NCBI GenBank assembly: GCA_021791655.1 | Contig: JAJYWD010000004.1 | Span: 1-56,265 of the forward strand | Direction of reading: 5' to 3' | Length of the DNA: 56,265 nucleotides | Source of the DNA: Nanobdellota archaeon | Lineage (GTDB): Archaea > Nanobdellota > Nanobdellia > Parvarchaeales > Parvarchaeaceae | Part shown: positions 46,579-56,265 of the stretch, one piece after another | How the letters are laid out: each line of letters opens with the position of its first letter | Position numbering within the stretch: the first letter of the stretch is position 1 | Position numbers and translations under genes: made by a program | Notes under the pieces: model-generated | Databases searched by the model: none | Told to the model about the DNA's origin: nothing | What the model saw: the letters and a program-made list of their open reading frames with translations, nothing else

Positions 46579-47448
46579 ATGTCCAATGAAGTAAAAGACG
46601 GTACTAACCCGCATTTCAAGATAAGGCTGGTAAATATAGTATACATTGCTATCGCGATAGTCGTTGTAATCGGCGTAGTTGTGTATGTCCTTTCCACGGC
46701 ATCGGGAGGCACTGTCTCCGTAGGAAATGGTTGGACGTACATAAAGGGCGAATCCGTCCTCTCTTCGGACGGAAAGGTCGATTTCTATTCTATGGGCCTG
46801 CAATACTGCGAATACTGCGCGGTTGAGAACTACGCCATCTTCGAGGCCCTAAGCAACTTCGGGGACTGGACGTATTACGGAAAGCCAATAAACCTCTCAT
46901 CTATAGACCCGCTTAACGCTTCGTCCCAGCCGCATGACAACGCAATTCTGTATCAGGCTGAAGAAGGGGACTGGACGCTTTACCTTCTGAACCCGCACCT
47001 TTCATACTATTCCCAGTACGTAAATTTCACACTGACCGAATTGAGCTATAACAACGGCTCAAACTTTATGAGTCCTACAATGGGTGAGGCGCCCTACGTC
47101 TCTAAGTATAATCCGGATATAGCTAGCCCATTCTCGGTGGTCGGTGGCAATTTCTTTGAAATCGGTGCCGTAGACAGCCTTGTGTCGAGCGGCGTCCCGA
47201 TACTTTTCAATGAGTCTGATGTTACGGGCTATAGGTATGGTGCCCCGATATTCGGCGGGTATCCCCCAGCGTACATATTCTCGCAGCTCAAGCAACCCTC
47301 CTCGGTAATAGCAAATGGCATAAACACGGAAGCCGCTTATATCTCTGCGGTCCTTTGTTATGATCTCGCGTTATCTGGTAAATCCACGATGCCGCCCGTG
47401 TGTTCGTCGTCTGATGTGCAGGGTTTGGGTATAAGCAGTAAAGTATAA
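46579..47448 (+). CDS. DUF929-family membrane-anchored thioredoxin-like protein
   Basis: TM; DGKV, CEYCA.E...I..ALSNFG; C-terminal A.LC...PPVC. Confidence 0.82.
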   Translation: MSNEVKDGTNPHFKIRLVNIVYIAIAIVVVIGVVVYVLSTASGGTVSVGNGWTYIKGESVLSSDGKVDFYSMGLQYCEYCAVENYAIFEALSNFGDWTYYGKPINLSSIDPLNASSQPHDNAILYQAEEGDWTLYLLNPHLSYYSQYVNFTLTELSYNNGSNFMSPTMGEAPYVSKYNPDIASPFSVVGGNFFEIGAVDSLVSSGVPILFNESDVTGYRYGAPIFGGYPPAYIFSQLKQPSSVIANGINTEAAYISAVLCYDLALSGKSTMPPVCSSSDVQGLGISSKV

Positions 47449-47544
47449 CGCTTTAAGCACCGCCTAAAATGAAAGTATTTAAATCAGTTTATTTCATGGT
47501 ATAACATTAAACTAGAGTTTGCGCTAAATAACAAGCAAATAACC

Positions 47545-47946
47545 ATGTCCGATTTAGAGAAAGCGACTGATAACGTTTCGAGAGATCTTTTCAACGCAGA
47601 GACAAAACACATTTATCTTCATACGAGCGCGCGTAGCTTCGATACGCTAGGGACAGTGTTTGCGCAGTTAGTCGGAGAAGAAATTAAGATTTGCGGCAGA
47701 TATAGCACTATTGCTTCTGTTGAAGCCACGACTAGTGTATGCCAAGAGGTACCAGTTAGTTACTACGACAAACATAAAACTACCGAAGATGCGTGGAAAG
47801 GATTTGAAGCTAGCAAGAAAGATACCTCTATCCGCAGTCTCGAATTGAATCTACCATTTTATAACCGTAATAAGTGGCATGCAATCATCAGAGCATTTGC
47901 CAAAGAATTCGGCGTTACCATAAGCGTGTACTGCCCGCCGTTCTAA
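47545..47946 (+). CDS. Hypothetical protein
   Basis: 133-aa ATG ORF, no recognised motif. Confidence 0.6.
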   Translation: MSDLEKATDNVSRDLFNAETKHIYLHTSARSFDTLGTVFAQLVGEEIKICGRYSTIASVEATTSVCQEVPVSYYDKHKTTEDAWKGFEASKKDTSIRSLELNLPFYNRNKWHAIIRAFAKEFGVTISVYCPPF

Positions 47947-48065
47947 TAGCGCTGTACACCAAGTTAAGTTTCAACCGAACCAATGTATCGCAGTCTTATC
48001 CAATTTTTGTACAAGAAACGGCTTTCCTAAAGCTTAAATATTATTACTATCCTATAGAGGTGAAT

Positions 48066-48539
48066 ATGACAAGATTAGATTTGCTTCTGGATAAACTGGT
48101 GCCACGAAGGAAGTCAAAGGTGGAAGACAGAGAGACCTTCAAAATAAGTCTCGATAATTTTGATGTTGGTGTGGTAGATATACTAAATCTCAAGGGCAAA
48201 GGGTATGCTGTGAGGTTTACGGACCTTGGGCACCCAAAAGACAATATAAACGTGTGCTACAAGAAAGGCGAGCCAAAGGAAGCGTGCGGTTATTGGAGCT
48301 TTGAGAGCACGCTGTCGGACGCCTTATTGACCGCGGAAGCAAAGTGGAAAGAATACTTTGCGCCATCCGATGTAAATCCGTTCACAGACATAACCGAGGA
48401 CGAGGTAATCCGAAAGCACATAGACCGGATCACATTCTCCAGCAAAAAGGCATACCTTGATGTCGCACACGATAACACCAAATCTATGGACGTGTACTTA
48501 AGTAGCGTGGAAGAGCGGGTCTTAAAAGCGCAAGGGTGA
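48066..48539 (+). CDS. Hypothetical protein
   Basis: GAGGTGA SD before ATG 48066, preferred over 47874. Confidence 0.65.
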   Translation: MTRLDLLLDKLVPRRKSKVEDRETFKISLDNFDVGVVDILNLKGKGYAVRFTDLGHPKDNINVCYKKGEPKEACGYWSFESTLSDALLTAEAKWKEYFAPSDVNPFTDITEDEVIRKHIDRITFSSKKAYLDVAHDNTKSMDVYLSSVEERVLKAQG

Positions 48540-48837
48540 ACTTTGTACTGCTCTAGCACCAGAAGTCTTCCTAAGCCAATAGCATGAAAACAACAAGAAC
48601 TTCAGGCATCCACAATTTCTGCCGTCGTACCAGATAACTTTAAGGCAGGTGCGTCTGGCAATGTGCGGGATCGCTAAATCCATCCTGCCGTAATCTACTT
48701 TCTGTTTTTCCTGCTCCTCATGTATCTTCTTATATAAAACGCGCTTAGCGGTACCAAATTTATAGCTGCCAAGGTTGCAATTATAAATACTTAACTTCTT
48801 CTCCCCTTTGTGGGTTCTTAATCATACGATTAAATAG

Positions 48838-50550
48838 ATGGAAATTTTAAGTCTGCATATGGAGGAGGACACAGAAATCAAGAAAATAGCCCTCAAGAAC
48901 GCCATGGAGCACGGCGGCAGGGCGGAAGACGGTGCGATTCTTTCTAAGGTTATAGGTGCCGACAAGTCGGTTTTGAAGGATTTGAAGACGCTGCGTGCAA
49001 AAGTAAAAGAAATGGTGAATTACGTCAATGGTTTATCGGATGCGCAGCGAGCGGAAGAAGCAGAAGAACTGGGGGTAAACATTGCAACCTCCGCCAAGGC
49101 GGAACCCAAGGCCGAATTAAAAGATCTGCCCAATGTGAAGGGGAAAGTCGTTCTAAGACTGCCGCCCGAGCCGTCCGGCTTTATGCATCTCGGGCACGCC
49201 ATATCTGGGATGATAAACTTTCTGTACAAGGAGAAGTACAACGGTAAACTCTGGCTCAGATTCGAGGATACGAACCCGGTGCGGGGATATCAGAATTTTA
49301 TAGACGACTTCAAGAGCGGTTATTCATGGCTGGGCATAAAATGGGACGAAGAAAAGTTCATAACCGATGACATGATAAAAATTTACGACTATGCGGAGAA
49401 ACTTCTAAAAGAAGGCAAGCTATACGCGTGCTCCTGTCCCGAAGAAGATATTAAAAAGAACCGAGCCGGCGGCACCCAGTGCGCGTGTAGGAATCGCCCC
49501 GTGGACGAGAATCTTGAGCTGTTTGATTTGGCAAAGCGCGGGAAAAAAGAGCCGAAGAGTATGGTGATAAGGCTTGTCGGTGACATGAAGAGCAACAATT
49601 ACAGGTTCAGGGACCCGAACATGTTCAGGATTGTTCGGACCGATTACAAGCCGTTCCATCTGTGGCCGACTTACTATTTTGCAAACGTGGTTGAGGACTA
49701 CCTGTGCGGCGTTACCCACATACTTCGTTCAAATGAATTCGATCCCTTTGTGCAGTCCTATCTTAGGAAGCTGCTTGAATTTTACGAACCGATCACGGTA
49801 CAGTTCTCGCGCTATAATTTCAAGGGAGTCCCTTTTTCAAAGCGTGTGCAGCGTCGTCTTATAAGCGAAGGCAAGATAAAGGATTATAACGATTTACGCC
49901 TGCCCACCATAAAGGCGATAAGGAGGCGTGGCATACAGCCGGAAGCGATAAAAGAATTCACACTGCGCGTCGGATACTCGGGGAGCAAGCACGAGTATAC
50001 ATGGGACTTGCTGTTAACTCTCAACAGACGTCTTATAGACGAAAGGGCAAGGCGCATGTTTTTCGTACCGGATCCGATAAGGCTGGAAGTGTCGGGTCCT
50101 AATCCCGGCGAGGTGCGTTTGCTTAACCACCCCTCCTCGGACCGGGGTAGCAGGATATTGAAGGTAAGTAATGTGTTTTTCGTCGATAGAAACGACTTTT
50201 CTGAGATAAACGGGGGTGACATCATTCGTCTTAAAGATCTGTTTTCCATAAAAGTGAATAAAAAAGAGGATAATGCACTGAAAGCAGAAGTGTACTCCGA
50301 AAAGCGTGTAGGCGCTGAGAAAATAATACAGTGGGTTTCATCCGATAATACTACCATCAAGGTGCAGGTAATCGGTGAATTGCTTAATCCTGACAAAACA
50401 TTCAATGAGAACAGTCTTATGGTAAAGGAAGGCTTTGCAGAAAAGACAGTGGAACTTTTGAATGAAGGAGACATAATACAGTTCGAGAGATTTGGCTTTT
50501 GTAGGCTGGACAATAAGGCTGGCATGGAGTTCATTTTTATAAGTCGCTAA
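48838..50550 (+). CDS. gltX: Glutamyl-tRNA synthetase
   Basis: PPEPSGFMHLGHA, LRFEDTNP, THILR..E, FSKR, RRRGI, QFERFGF. Confidence 0.97.
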   Translation: MEILSLHMEEDTEIKKIALKNAMEHGGRAEDGAILSKVIGADKSVLKDLKTLRAKVKEMVNYVNGLSDAQRAEEAEELGVNIATSAKAEPKAELKDLPNVKGKVVLRLPPEPSGFMHLGHAISGMINFLYKEKYNGKLWLRFEDTNPVRGYQNFIDDFKSGYSWLGIKWDEEKFITDDMIKIYDYAEKLLKEGKLYACSCPEEDIKKNRAGGTQCACRNRPVDENLELFDLAKRGKKEPKSMVIRLVGDMKSNNYRFRDPNMFRIVRTDYKPFHLWPTYYFANVVEDYLCGVTHILRSNEFDPFVQSYLRKLLEFYEPITVQFSRYNFKGVPFSKRVQRRLISEGKIKDYNDLRLPTIKAIRRRGIQPEAIKEFTLRVGYSGSKHEYTWDLLLTLNRRLIDERARRMFFVPDPIRLEVSGPNPGEVRLLNHPSSDRGSRILKVSNVFFVDRNDFSEINGGDIIRLKDLFSIKVNKKEDNALKAEVYSEKRVGAEKIIQWVSSDNTTIKVQVIGELLNPDKTFNENSLMVKEGFAEKTVELLNEGDIIQFERFGFCRLDNKAGMEFIFISR

Positions 50551-50590
50551 GCCTTTGATGAAGTAATTCGAAAATACGCTATTATCTAAT

Positions 50591-50806
50591 TTATATAACG
50601 ATTTGATTCTGGTCTGCCCACTCAAGGAGCTTTATGAGATCACCAAGTTTGTACTTGCGGGCCTCGTCCGGTATGCTTTCCAGTATCCTGTCGAGCCCAG
50701 GTATATAGCCCCTTATCGCGCTTGGCACTACGGCGTACGCTTTGACTAGTGACGTAAGTATGACTTCAGCATCCTGCGGAGATATATCGGTTCCTGCAAA
50801 TCCCAT
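50591..50806 (-). CDS. Hypothetical protein
   Basis: 71-aa ATG ORF filling the gap. Confidence 0.65.
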   Translation of the reverse strand: MGFAGTDISPQDAEVILTSLVKAYAVVPSAIRGYIPGLDRILESIPDEARKYKLGDLIKLLEWADQNQIVI

Positions 50807-50817
50807 AATACACGTGG

Positions 50818-51042
50818 TCAGTAGTACTTATAATACTTGCCCATTTTCGATGCTAGGACACCAATTCCAAAAACCACCAGACCCACCGCAATCAGTATAA
50901 CCGATATTATAAATGGGTCGATTGAAACAGCTCCGTACGCAGAAGATATATTATTGCTAAGGTACGGCACATCCAAACTCAGCACGGGTATTACGCCCAA
51001 AGCCACTATTATAAGTCCGATTACAACCAACAGCTTTATCAT
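50818..51042 (-). CDS. Small 2-TM membrane protein
   Basis: Two hydrophobic helices and a basic C-tail. Confidence 0.7.
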   Translation of the reverse strand: MIKLLVVIGLIIVALGVIPVLSLDVPYLSNNISSAYGAVSIDPFIISVILIAVGLVVFGIGVLASKMGKYYKYY

Positions 51043-51111
51043 ATTATTTATTATCCGTATCCTAATTTAACCTTTCTTTACCCTTTTATAAGAGGCGTAT
51101 CATTATTTGTT

Positions 51112-51618
51112 ATGTTCAAAAAGAAATGCTCGTTCTGCGATCAGGAAATCGACAAATCGTGGAATTATTGTCCCAAGTGTGGCGCAATGCTTAAACCCGG
51201 AATGCAGCCCAATGCGCAGGACATAAATAAGATCATGCAAAAAGTCATACCGTCTCTTATGGGCAGCATACTGGGCGGTGGTATGAACACCATTTTCGGC
51301 GGAGGAAACACGGGTTTCGGCGGCCCAAGAAGAAGCAATGAAAAGGCGTTTAATGAGGCAGCACCGAAGGTCGACGAAGTTATGGAACCCGAAGACTTAG
51401 TTTCTATAAGTGGCGGGGTTATAACGCATGCGATTCATCTGCCAGGCGTGAAATCAAGAGACGATGTGACCGTGAGGAAACTTGGCAGCTCGATAGAGAT
51501 AAGGGCTCTCGCTGGTAAAAGACTGTACATGAAAATAATAAACAGAGAAAGCGGAGAGAATGTAATGTCAGAAGATTTTAATGACGGAGATTTGGTTATA
51601 ACATTAAAGAAAAAATAA
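51112..51618 (+). CDS. Zinc-ribbon plus Hsp20-like domain protein
   Basis: CSFC..W.YCPKCG; EPE, I.LPGVKS..D, SIEIRA, G.L.ITL. Confidence 0.8.
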   Translation: MFKKKCSFCDQEIDKSWNYCPKCGAMLKPGMQPNAQDINKIMQKVIPSLMGSILGGGMNTIFGGGNTGFGGPRRSNEKAFNEAAPKVDEVMEPEDLVSISGGVITHAIHLPGVKSRDDVTVRKLGSSIEIRALAGKRLYMKIINRESGENVMSEDFNDGDLVITLKKK

Positions 51619-51666
51619 ACAAGAAAAATTAAAATAAAAGAAATAAAAAGTGGTTTATCTCAGTTT

Positions 51667-51807
51667 TTACTCGCCGTCGCCAGTGTCTTCTTCGTCGCTA
51701 AGGTCTTCGTCCTCTTCGAATTCGTCGTCATTCTCTCCTACGCCCTCTCCCTCTTCGAGGTTGTCGTCGTCCTCAGCCTTTTCCTTTTTCAAAGCCTTTT
51801 TCGCCAT
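51667..51807 (-). CDS. 46-aa highly acidic micro-protein
   Basis: SD AGGTGA before ATG 51807; MAKKALKKEKAEDDDNLEEGEGVGENDDEFEEDEDLSDEEDTGDGE; T-rich tract downstream. Confidence 0.7.
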   Translation of the reverse strand: MAKKALKKEKAEDDDNLEEGEGVGENDDEFEEDEDLSDEEDTGDGE

Positions 51808-51957
51808 ATTTTCACCTGGATGTACGCACATGTGTTTTTTTACGCGCGTGCATCTTATCCTTAAGAAGAGTTGTGCCATTTATAAAGCTTTTGCACGCTT
51901 TGCCGTTGCGACGTGCGTTTATAATCTATATATTATATATTATACAAAGGATTTTGT

Positions 51958-52260
51958 ATGCTATCGAAGCACAACAAATACGCGTTCATTGAGGATTACC
52001 GCGCCCTCGCCCAGCTGTCAGAGGCCTCCTTTGACACCGACAAGCGACTATCCGACAGGTATGCATACATAGCAAAGAAGATTTTCCTGTCCCAGCGGTT
52101 AAATCTGAGAAAAAATGAAAAGGCTTTAATATGCAAGAAGTGCAATAAGATACTTATACCCGGAAAAAGCTGCAGTGTACGCATCGAAAGGGGTTCGGTA
52201 AAGCGTATATGCCTTAATTGTGGGTCGGATAAGAATACTGTGTATGGTAAGAGCATTTGA
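51958..52260 (+). CDS. rnp4: RNase P protein Rpp21
   Basis: RY...A.KI, ICKKC...LIPG...VRI, CLNCG. Confidence 0.9.
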   Translation: MLSKHNKYAFIEDYRALAQLSEASFDTDKRLSDRYAYIAKKIFLSQRLNLRKNEKALICKKCNKILIPGKSCSVRIERGSVKRICLNCGSDKNTVYGKSI

Positions 52261-52675
52261 CGTCGATCAGGACAAGCTGGTTCACGCTTTGGCAAAAGAG
52301 CTTAAGGATTCTAAGATACTAGTGGCCGTGCCGTGGGCTAAATTCGTGAAGACTGGCGTTTCCAGGGACCGTCCACCGGCTACGGACGCTTGGTGGTATG
52401 ACAGGGGGGCCAGCATTTTGAGGCACTTTTATACCGACAACAAACCGATGGGGGTCGGCCGTTTGCGCAGGGTTTACGGGGACAAGGAAAAGAACAGGTA
52501 CAGTGGCAGACATTTTAAGCCGGCCGGCGGTGCTGCAATAAGAAAAATACTGCAGCAGCTGGAGAACGGCGCCCTTATCAAGAAGATAAAAGTGGAGAAC
52601 CATTTTGGCAGGCGGATAACCCCGAAGGGGGTTTCATTCGTCGATAATGCCGCTAAAAAACTCGGTAACATATGA
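52244..52675 (+). CDS. rps19e: 30S ribosomal protein S19e
   Basis: PWAKFVKTG..R.RPP, WWY.R.ASILR, IRKILQQLE, GR.ITPKG; ATG 52244. Confidence 0.97.
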   Translation: MVRAFDVDQDKLVHALAKELKDSKILVAVPWAKFVKTGVSRDRPPATDAWWYDRGASILRHFYTDNKPMGVGRLRRVYGDKEKNRYSGRHFKPAGGAAIRKILQQLENGALIKKIKVENHFGRRITPKGVSFVDNAAKKLGNI

Positions 52676-52977
52676 GCATGCAATTTGATCAGATGCCATC
52701 GGATGAGATGGAGCAAAGAAAAAGGTTCGAAAAGGCACGTCAGGAGATACTCGTCAAATACCTCACCAAGGAAGCGAGAGAGCGATTGGCCACACTGAGG
52801 TACGCCCATCCAGATCTTGCAGTTTCGGTGGAAAGCATGATAATACAATCCGCAGTAGCGAATCAAATAAAAGGCGTTATAGACGACAAAAAGCTGAAAG
52901 AGCTGCTCACCGCCATAAACGAAAGCAAGAACGAGAGCAGAGTGAACATAAAGAGGGATACGAATGAGCCGCAATAA
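52672..52977 (+). CDS. PDCD5-like DNA-binding protein
   Basis: LT.EARERL, P.LA..VE, IDD..LK.LL. Confidence 0.92.
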   Translation: MSMQFDQMPSDEMEQRKRFEKARQEILVKYLTKEARERLATLRYAHPDLAVSVESMIIQSAVANQIKGVIDDKKLKELLTAINESKNESRVNIKRDTNEPQ

Positions 52978-53110
52978 GTCCGCCTTCAATAAGAGGGCAC
53001 TGATAAAAAGGGCGAGAAGGAGCAGCAGGCCGCCGGTTTTTGCGCAACTCAGGAAATACGGCACCAGACGAATAGATAGGTCTAGGCTTAACAGGAACGT
53101 GGGCAGGTAA
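52964..53110 (+). CDS. rpl39e: 50S ribosomal protein L39e, not in ORF track
   Basis: MSRNKSAFNKRALIKRARRSSRPPVFAQLRK... (48 aa) between PDCD5 and L31e. Confidence 0.85.
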   Translation: MSRNKSAFNKRALIKRARRSSRPPVFAQLRKYGTRRIDRSRLNRNVGR

Positions 53111-53111
53111 T

Positions 53112-53375
53112 ATGGCTGAGCAGAGAATAATGACAATAGGTCTAAGGGGTGCGCTGGAAAAGGGCCCCAGATACAAGAGAGCGGCGTACGCATCCAAGTT
53201 TGTTAGGAGTTTTGTTAAAAAGCACATGAAAGCAAAGGACGTGCGCATCGAAACTGCTGTAAATGACATGCTGTTTAAGAATGGTATGAAGAATCCACCG
53301 TCTAAGATAAGAGTGTCATGTTCGAAGGACGACAAGAACGTCGTAAGGGTGAGTATTGTAAAGGTTACGGGGTAG
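53112..53375 (+). CDS. rpl31e: 50S ribosomal protein L31e
   Basis: R.KRA..A...VR.FV.KHMK, G...PPSKIRV. Confidence 0.95.
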   Translation: MAEQRIMTIGLRGALEKGPRYKRAAYASKFVRSFVKKHMKAKDVRIETAVNDMLFKNGMKNPPSKIRVSCSKDDKNVVRVSIVKVTG

Positions 53376-53382
53376 GCAAAAC

Positions 53383-53823
53383 ATGCAGAACAACACGACC
53401 GGAGACGAGGAGGACTTGAGCAGGAAACTTTTAGAACTCGAATACATAAGACGAGAACTCGAAAATTACATAGGCGCCCTCGGTTCTCTGCAGATCGCGC
53501 AGGAATCTTTTGGTACGGCCCTGGTCGGGATGGATAAGCTCGGTGCATCCGGGAAGGAAATCCTGGTGCCGTACGGTCAAGACATCTTTTTCCCCGGGAC
53601 CATAACAGACACTGCTAATGCATTTATCGGGCTGGGAAACAACGTATTCCGTAAGCTTCCGGCAAGCGAAATAAAGGGGAAACTCAAAAAAGACTTGGAG
53701 GCAGTGACTTCCAACATCGAGAGAACCGCAGAAGTGATAAACAAGTTACAGGAACAGGGTAAAAGTATAGAAGAAGAAACGAATATAATTTACGAACGCT
53801 ATAGAAATGAAATGAAGCAGTAG
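53383..53823 (+). CDS. pfdA: Prefoldin alpha subunit
   Basis: EILVP.G and IGLG hairpins between coiled coils. Confidence 0.92.
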   Translation: MQNNTTGDEEDLSRKLLELEYIRRELENYIGALGSLQIAQESFGTALVGMDKLGASGKEILVPYGQDIFFPGTITDTANAFIGLGNNVFRKLPASEIKGKLKKDLEAVTSNIERTAEVINKLQEQGKSIEEETNIIYERYRNEMKQ

Positions 53824-53897
53824 TTCCTGAAACTTTGGGTGTGCAAAGGCTACCACTTTCAATAAATAAGTGTTAGGCTACTGCAGAGTGAAATGAT

Positions 53898-54899
53898 ATG
53901 TTCGATGCGATAAGGAAAAAACTGAAAGATTCACTGACAACTCTACAGCAAACTTTTTCAAAGGTTGACAGATTAGAAAAAGAAGCAAAGGCAATAAGGC
54001 TGGAGGAAAGGCAGCCGGAGGAAGAGCGTGAGGAAGGGGTAAAGAGCCGCTCGCTTCTGAGACATAAGATCACAGAGAACGAAATATCTCGCGTTTACGG
54101 CATCATAAGTGACGCCATGCTGGAAAACGGTGTAGCTGCTTCGGTCTTGGAAGAAATCCATAAGGATCTTTTGATAAAGCTTCACGGGACCGAGGTGCCG
54201 GTTCTAGGCGTAAATAAAGCCATAGACATTGCTATCAGGGATTCGATTTTGTCGATATTGATAGAAGAACCAAAAGATAAATTGTTGGAGAAGATTAAGT
54301 CGAAAAAACCATATGTTATCCTTTTCATTGGGGTAAATGGCGCAGGCAAGACTACTACAATCGCTAAGGTCGCGAAATTCCTTATCGACAAAGGTCTCAA
54401 GCCGGTGGCAGCAGCCGGAGATACTTTCAGGGCAGCATCTATAGAGCAGCTGGAAATCCACTGCAGAAAACTCGGTATGGATATTGTCAAAAGCAAATAC
54501 GGTGCAGACCCGGCATCTGTCGCGTTCGATGCGATTAGCCACGCGAAGAAATCTAACTTAGATGTGGTCTTGATAGATACGGCCGGCAGGAGCGACATTA
54601 ACAAGAATCTAATAGAAGAACTAAAGAAACTTAAAAAAGTAAGCAAGCCAGACCTTACCATATTCGTGGGCGATGCGCTTACCGGGGCTGATGCTGTGAA
54701 CCAGGCGAAGATATTCGATGGCGACATCGGAATAGACGGGACAATCCTTTCGAAATCGGATGTGGATAAGAAGGGCGGCGCGGTGCTCTCAATTTCTTAC
54801 ATGACCAAAAAACCAATAATCTTTCTGGGTACAGGCCAGGGGTACGACGATCTTATCCCCTTCGATAAAAAGAAGACTGTAGAATTTATCCTTCCTTGA
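53898..54899 (+). CDS. ftsY: SRP receptor FtsY
   Basis: GVNGAGKTTTIAK, DTFRAA, DTAGR, KGGA, GTGQGYDDL. Confidence 0.97.
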   Translation: MFDAIRKKLKDSLTTLQQTFSKVDRLEKEAKAIRLEERQPEEEREEGVKSRSLLRHKITENEISRVYGIISDAMLENGVAASVLEEIHKDLLIKLHGTEVPVLGVNKAIDIAIRDSILSILIEEPKDKLLEKIKSKKPYVILFIGVNGAGKTTTIAKVAKFLIDKGLKPVAAAGDTFRAASIEQLEIHCRKLGMDIVKSKYGADPASVAFDAISHAKKSNLDVVLIDTAGRSDINKNLIEELKKLKKVSKPDLTIFVGDALTGADAVNQAKIFDGDIGIDGTILSKSDVDKKGGAVLSISYMTKKPIIFLGTGQGYDDLIPFDKKKTVEFILP

Positions 54900-54921
54900 G
54901 GCAATCAATCTAGAATGTCCA

Positions 54922-55257
54922 TCACGGTAACTGGTACGAAATAGAATACGTGTCGCCGGATATGACAATTGCACTCGTACTGCTGAAATTATACTGCGGG
55001 AAGTAGGTGGAGCCAAAAATGCCAACTACGTCGGAAAAAAAGGCCGATGCGCCGCCGGTTGCACCCGAACCCTTTAGTGCCGTATACTGTTTTAGCAGGT
55101 TTTGGGATGTCCCGAGAGCAGCAGACGATGCGGTTTGTATGGCGTTGATGTTGGCATTGGTCACAAGGTTCGCATACTCAAAGTTGAACAATTCCAGAAC
55201 AGCCAATACCACCAACAGCAAAAAGAACAGCGTTACAAATTGTCCCTTTGCGTCCAT
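54922..55257 (-). CDS. Small pilin-like protein (class III signal peptide)
   Basis: MDAKG|QFVTLFFLLLVVLAVL. Confidence 0.65.
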   Translation of the reverse strand: MDAKGQFVTLFFLLLVVLAVLELFNFEYANLVTNANINAIQTASSAALGTSQNLLKQYTALKGSGATGGASAFFSDVVGIFGSTYFPQYNFSSTSAIVISGDTYSISYQLP

Positions 55258-55321
55258 AGAATTTATAGTGATGCCAGAATTTATAAGTGGCGACTGAATA
55301 CTAATCTTAGCGTTTAATAAT

Positions 55322-56265
55322 ATGAGCGAAGAAAATACCGATCAAATAAACATGTTCAAAGAGCTTCTGTCCGACGGCAGTACGGACTCCATAAAGGAGT
55401 TCAACATTAAAAAGAGGATATTGACTGCGAAGTTACATCTCGATGTAGCACCCAAGAACAGTGAGATAATGGCTACGCTGTCCGAAGACGAGAGGGCCAC
55501 GTTCGGTCGCTTGCTAAGGTCAAAACCCATCAGAAACCTGTCCGGCGTGTCGGTTGTTACAGTCATGACAAAACCCTTCCCTTGTCCGCACGGAGTGTGT
55601 GTTTTCTGTCCAGGAGGCCCGCGTTACGGCACACCACAAAGTTATACCGGAAAAGAGCCAGCGGCGCGAAGGGCGTCTAGGAACCACTATGACCCGTACA
55701 GACAAGTCAGCGCAAGGCTGAAACATTACACATATCTCGGTTATCCGCCGGATAAAATTGAATTAATAGTGATAGGCGGAACCTTTACGACGCTACCTAA
55801 GGATTATATGCGTGCGTTTGTGACTGAACTTTATCGCGCACTTAACGACTTTCCAAGTTTTAATCAGCGAAAAGCCACGGGTACGTTGCAGGAGGAGAAA
55901 AATGAAAACGAACGCGCGAAAGCCAGATGCGTAGCCTTTGCTGTCGAGACAAAACCTGAGCGGTGCAAGGAAGAAGACATAAAGCTTTTGCTGGAACTCG
56001 GGGTCACAAGGGTAGAGATTGGCGTCCAGAGCCTTTTTGATGATGTCCTTAAATTCGCTAACAGGGGACACGATGTCAAGGACGTTGTCCAGGCCACGTC
56101 TTCTCTCAGACAAAACGGTTACAAGACGGGCTACCACATAATGCTCAATCTCCCGAAATCCGACATAGACCGGGATAAGGAGACCATCCGTAGAGTTTAT
56201 GAGGACGAAGACTTCATGCCAGATTCCCTGAAGATTTATCCAACGCTCGTGCTTGCGGGCACCGG
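55322..56265 (+). CDS. elp3: Elp3 tRNA U34 acetyltransferase (radical SAM), runs off the window end
   Basis: KPIRNLSGV, CPHGVCVFCPGG, PQSYTG.EPA, GGTF, TRVEIGVQS, NRGH, LKIYPTLV. Confidence 0.95.
   Translation, partial: MSEENTDQINMFKELLSDGSTDSIKEFNIKKRILTAKLHLDVAPKNSEIMATLSEDERATFGRLLRSKPIRNLSGVSVVTVMTKPFPCPHGVCVFCPGGPRYGTPQSYTGKEPAARRASRNHYDPYRQVSARLKHYTYLGYPPDKIELIVIGGTFTTLPKDYMRAFVTELYRALNDFPSFNQRKATGTLQEEKNENERAKARCVAFAVETKPERCKEEDIKLLLELGVTRVEIGVQSLFDDVLKFANRGHDVKDVVQATSSLRQNGYKTGYHIMLNLPKSDIDRDKETIRRVYEDEDFMPDSLKIYPTLVLAGT

Noticed and set aside
48694-48826. Short hydrophobic minus-strand frame (VFIIATLAAINLVPLSAFY...)
   Set aside because: Interrupted by a stop, with no recognisable homology
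51650-52072. Ser-rich plus-strand ORF
   Set aside because: Antisense shadow of the acidic micro-protein, which has the expression signals

Overview
56 kb of an archaeal chromosome, most likely DPANN (Parvarchaeales/ARMAN-like; inferred from gene content, compact layout and tRNA introns). The backbone is housekeeping: ProRS, IleRS, AlaRS, GluRS, AlaX, ribosomal proteins, TBP, RpoP, Pcc1, prefoldins, FtsY, Sec61-beta, RqcH, Hjc, Elp3 and five tRNAs, two of them with introns. Main observations: (1) cbf5 is interrupted inside its catalytic Asp codon by a 12-nt stop-containing intron that forms a bulge-helix-bulge-type splice substrate and mirrors the 12-nt tRNA-Ala intron in this window. (2) The adjacent tRNA-Pro has an AGG (A34) anticodon. 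(3) A dispersed family of class III signal-peptide (pilin-like) surface proteins has a constant N-module and differing C-terminal domains, with start-less fragments sharing DNA boxes at both ends of the variable part, suggesting cassette-type diversification. (4) An apparently catalytically dead membrane LonB is coupled to an HExxH membrane protein. (5) There are IS605/TnpB relics, pseudogenes (ppsA, nuoA, HAD, GNAT) and three structured 5' leaders. All calls come from reading the sequence by eye; no database searches were run.
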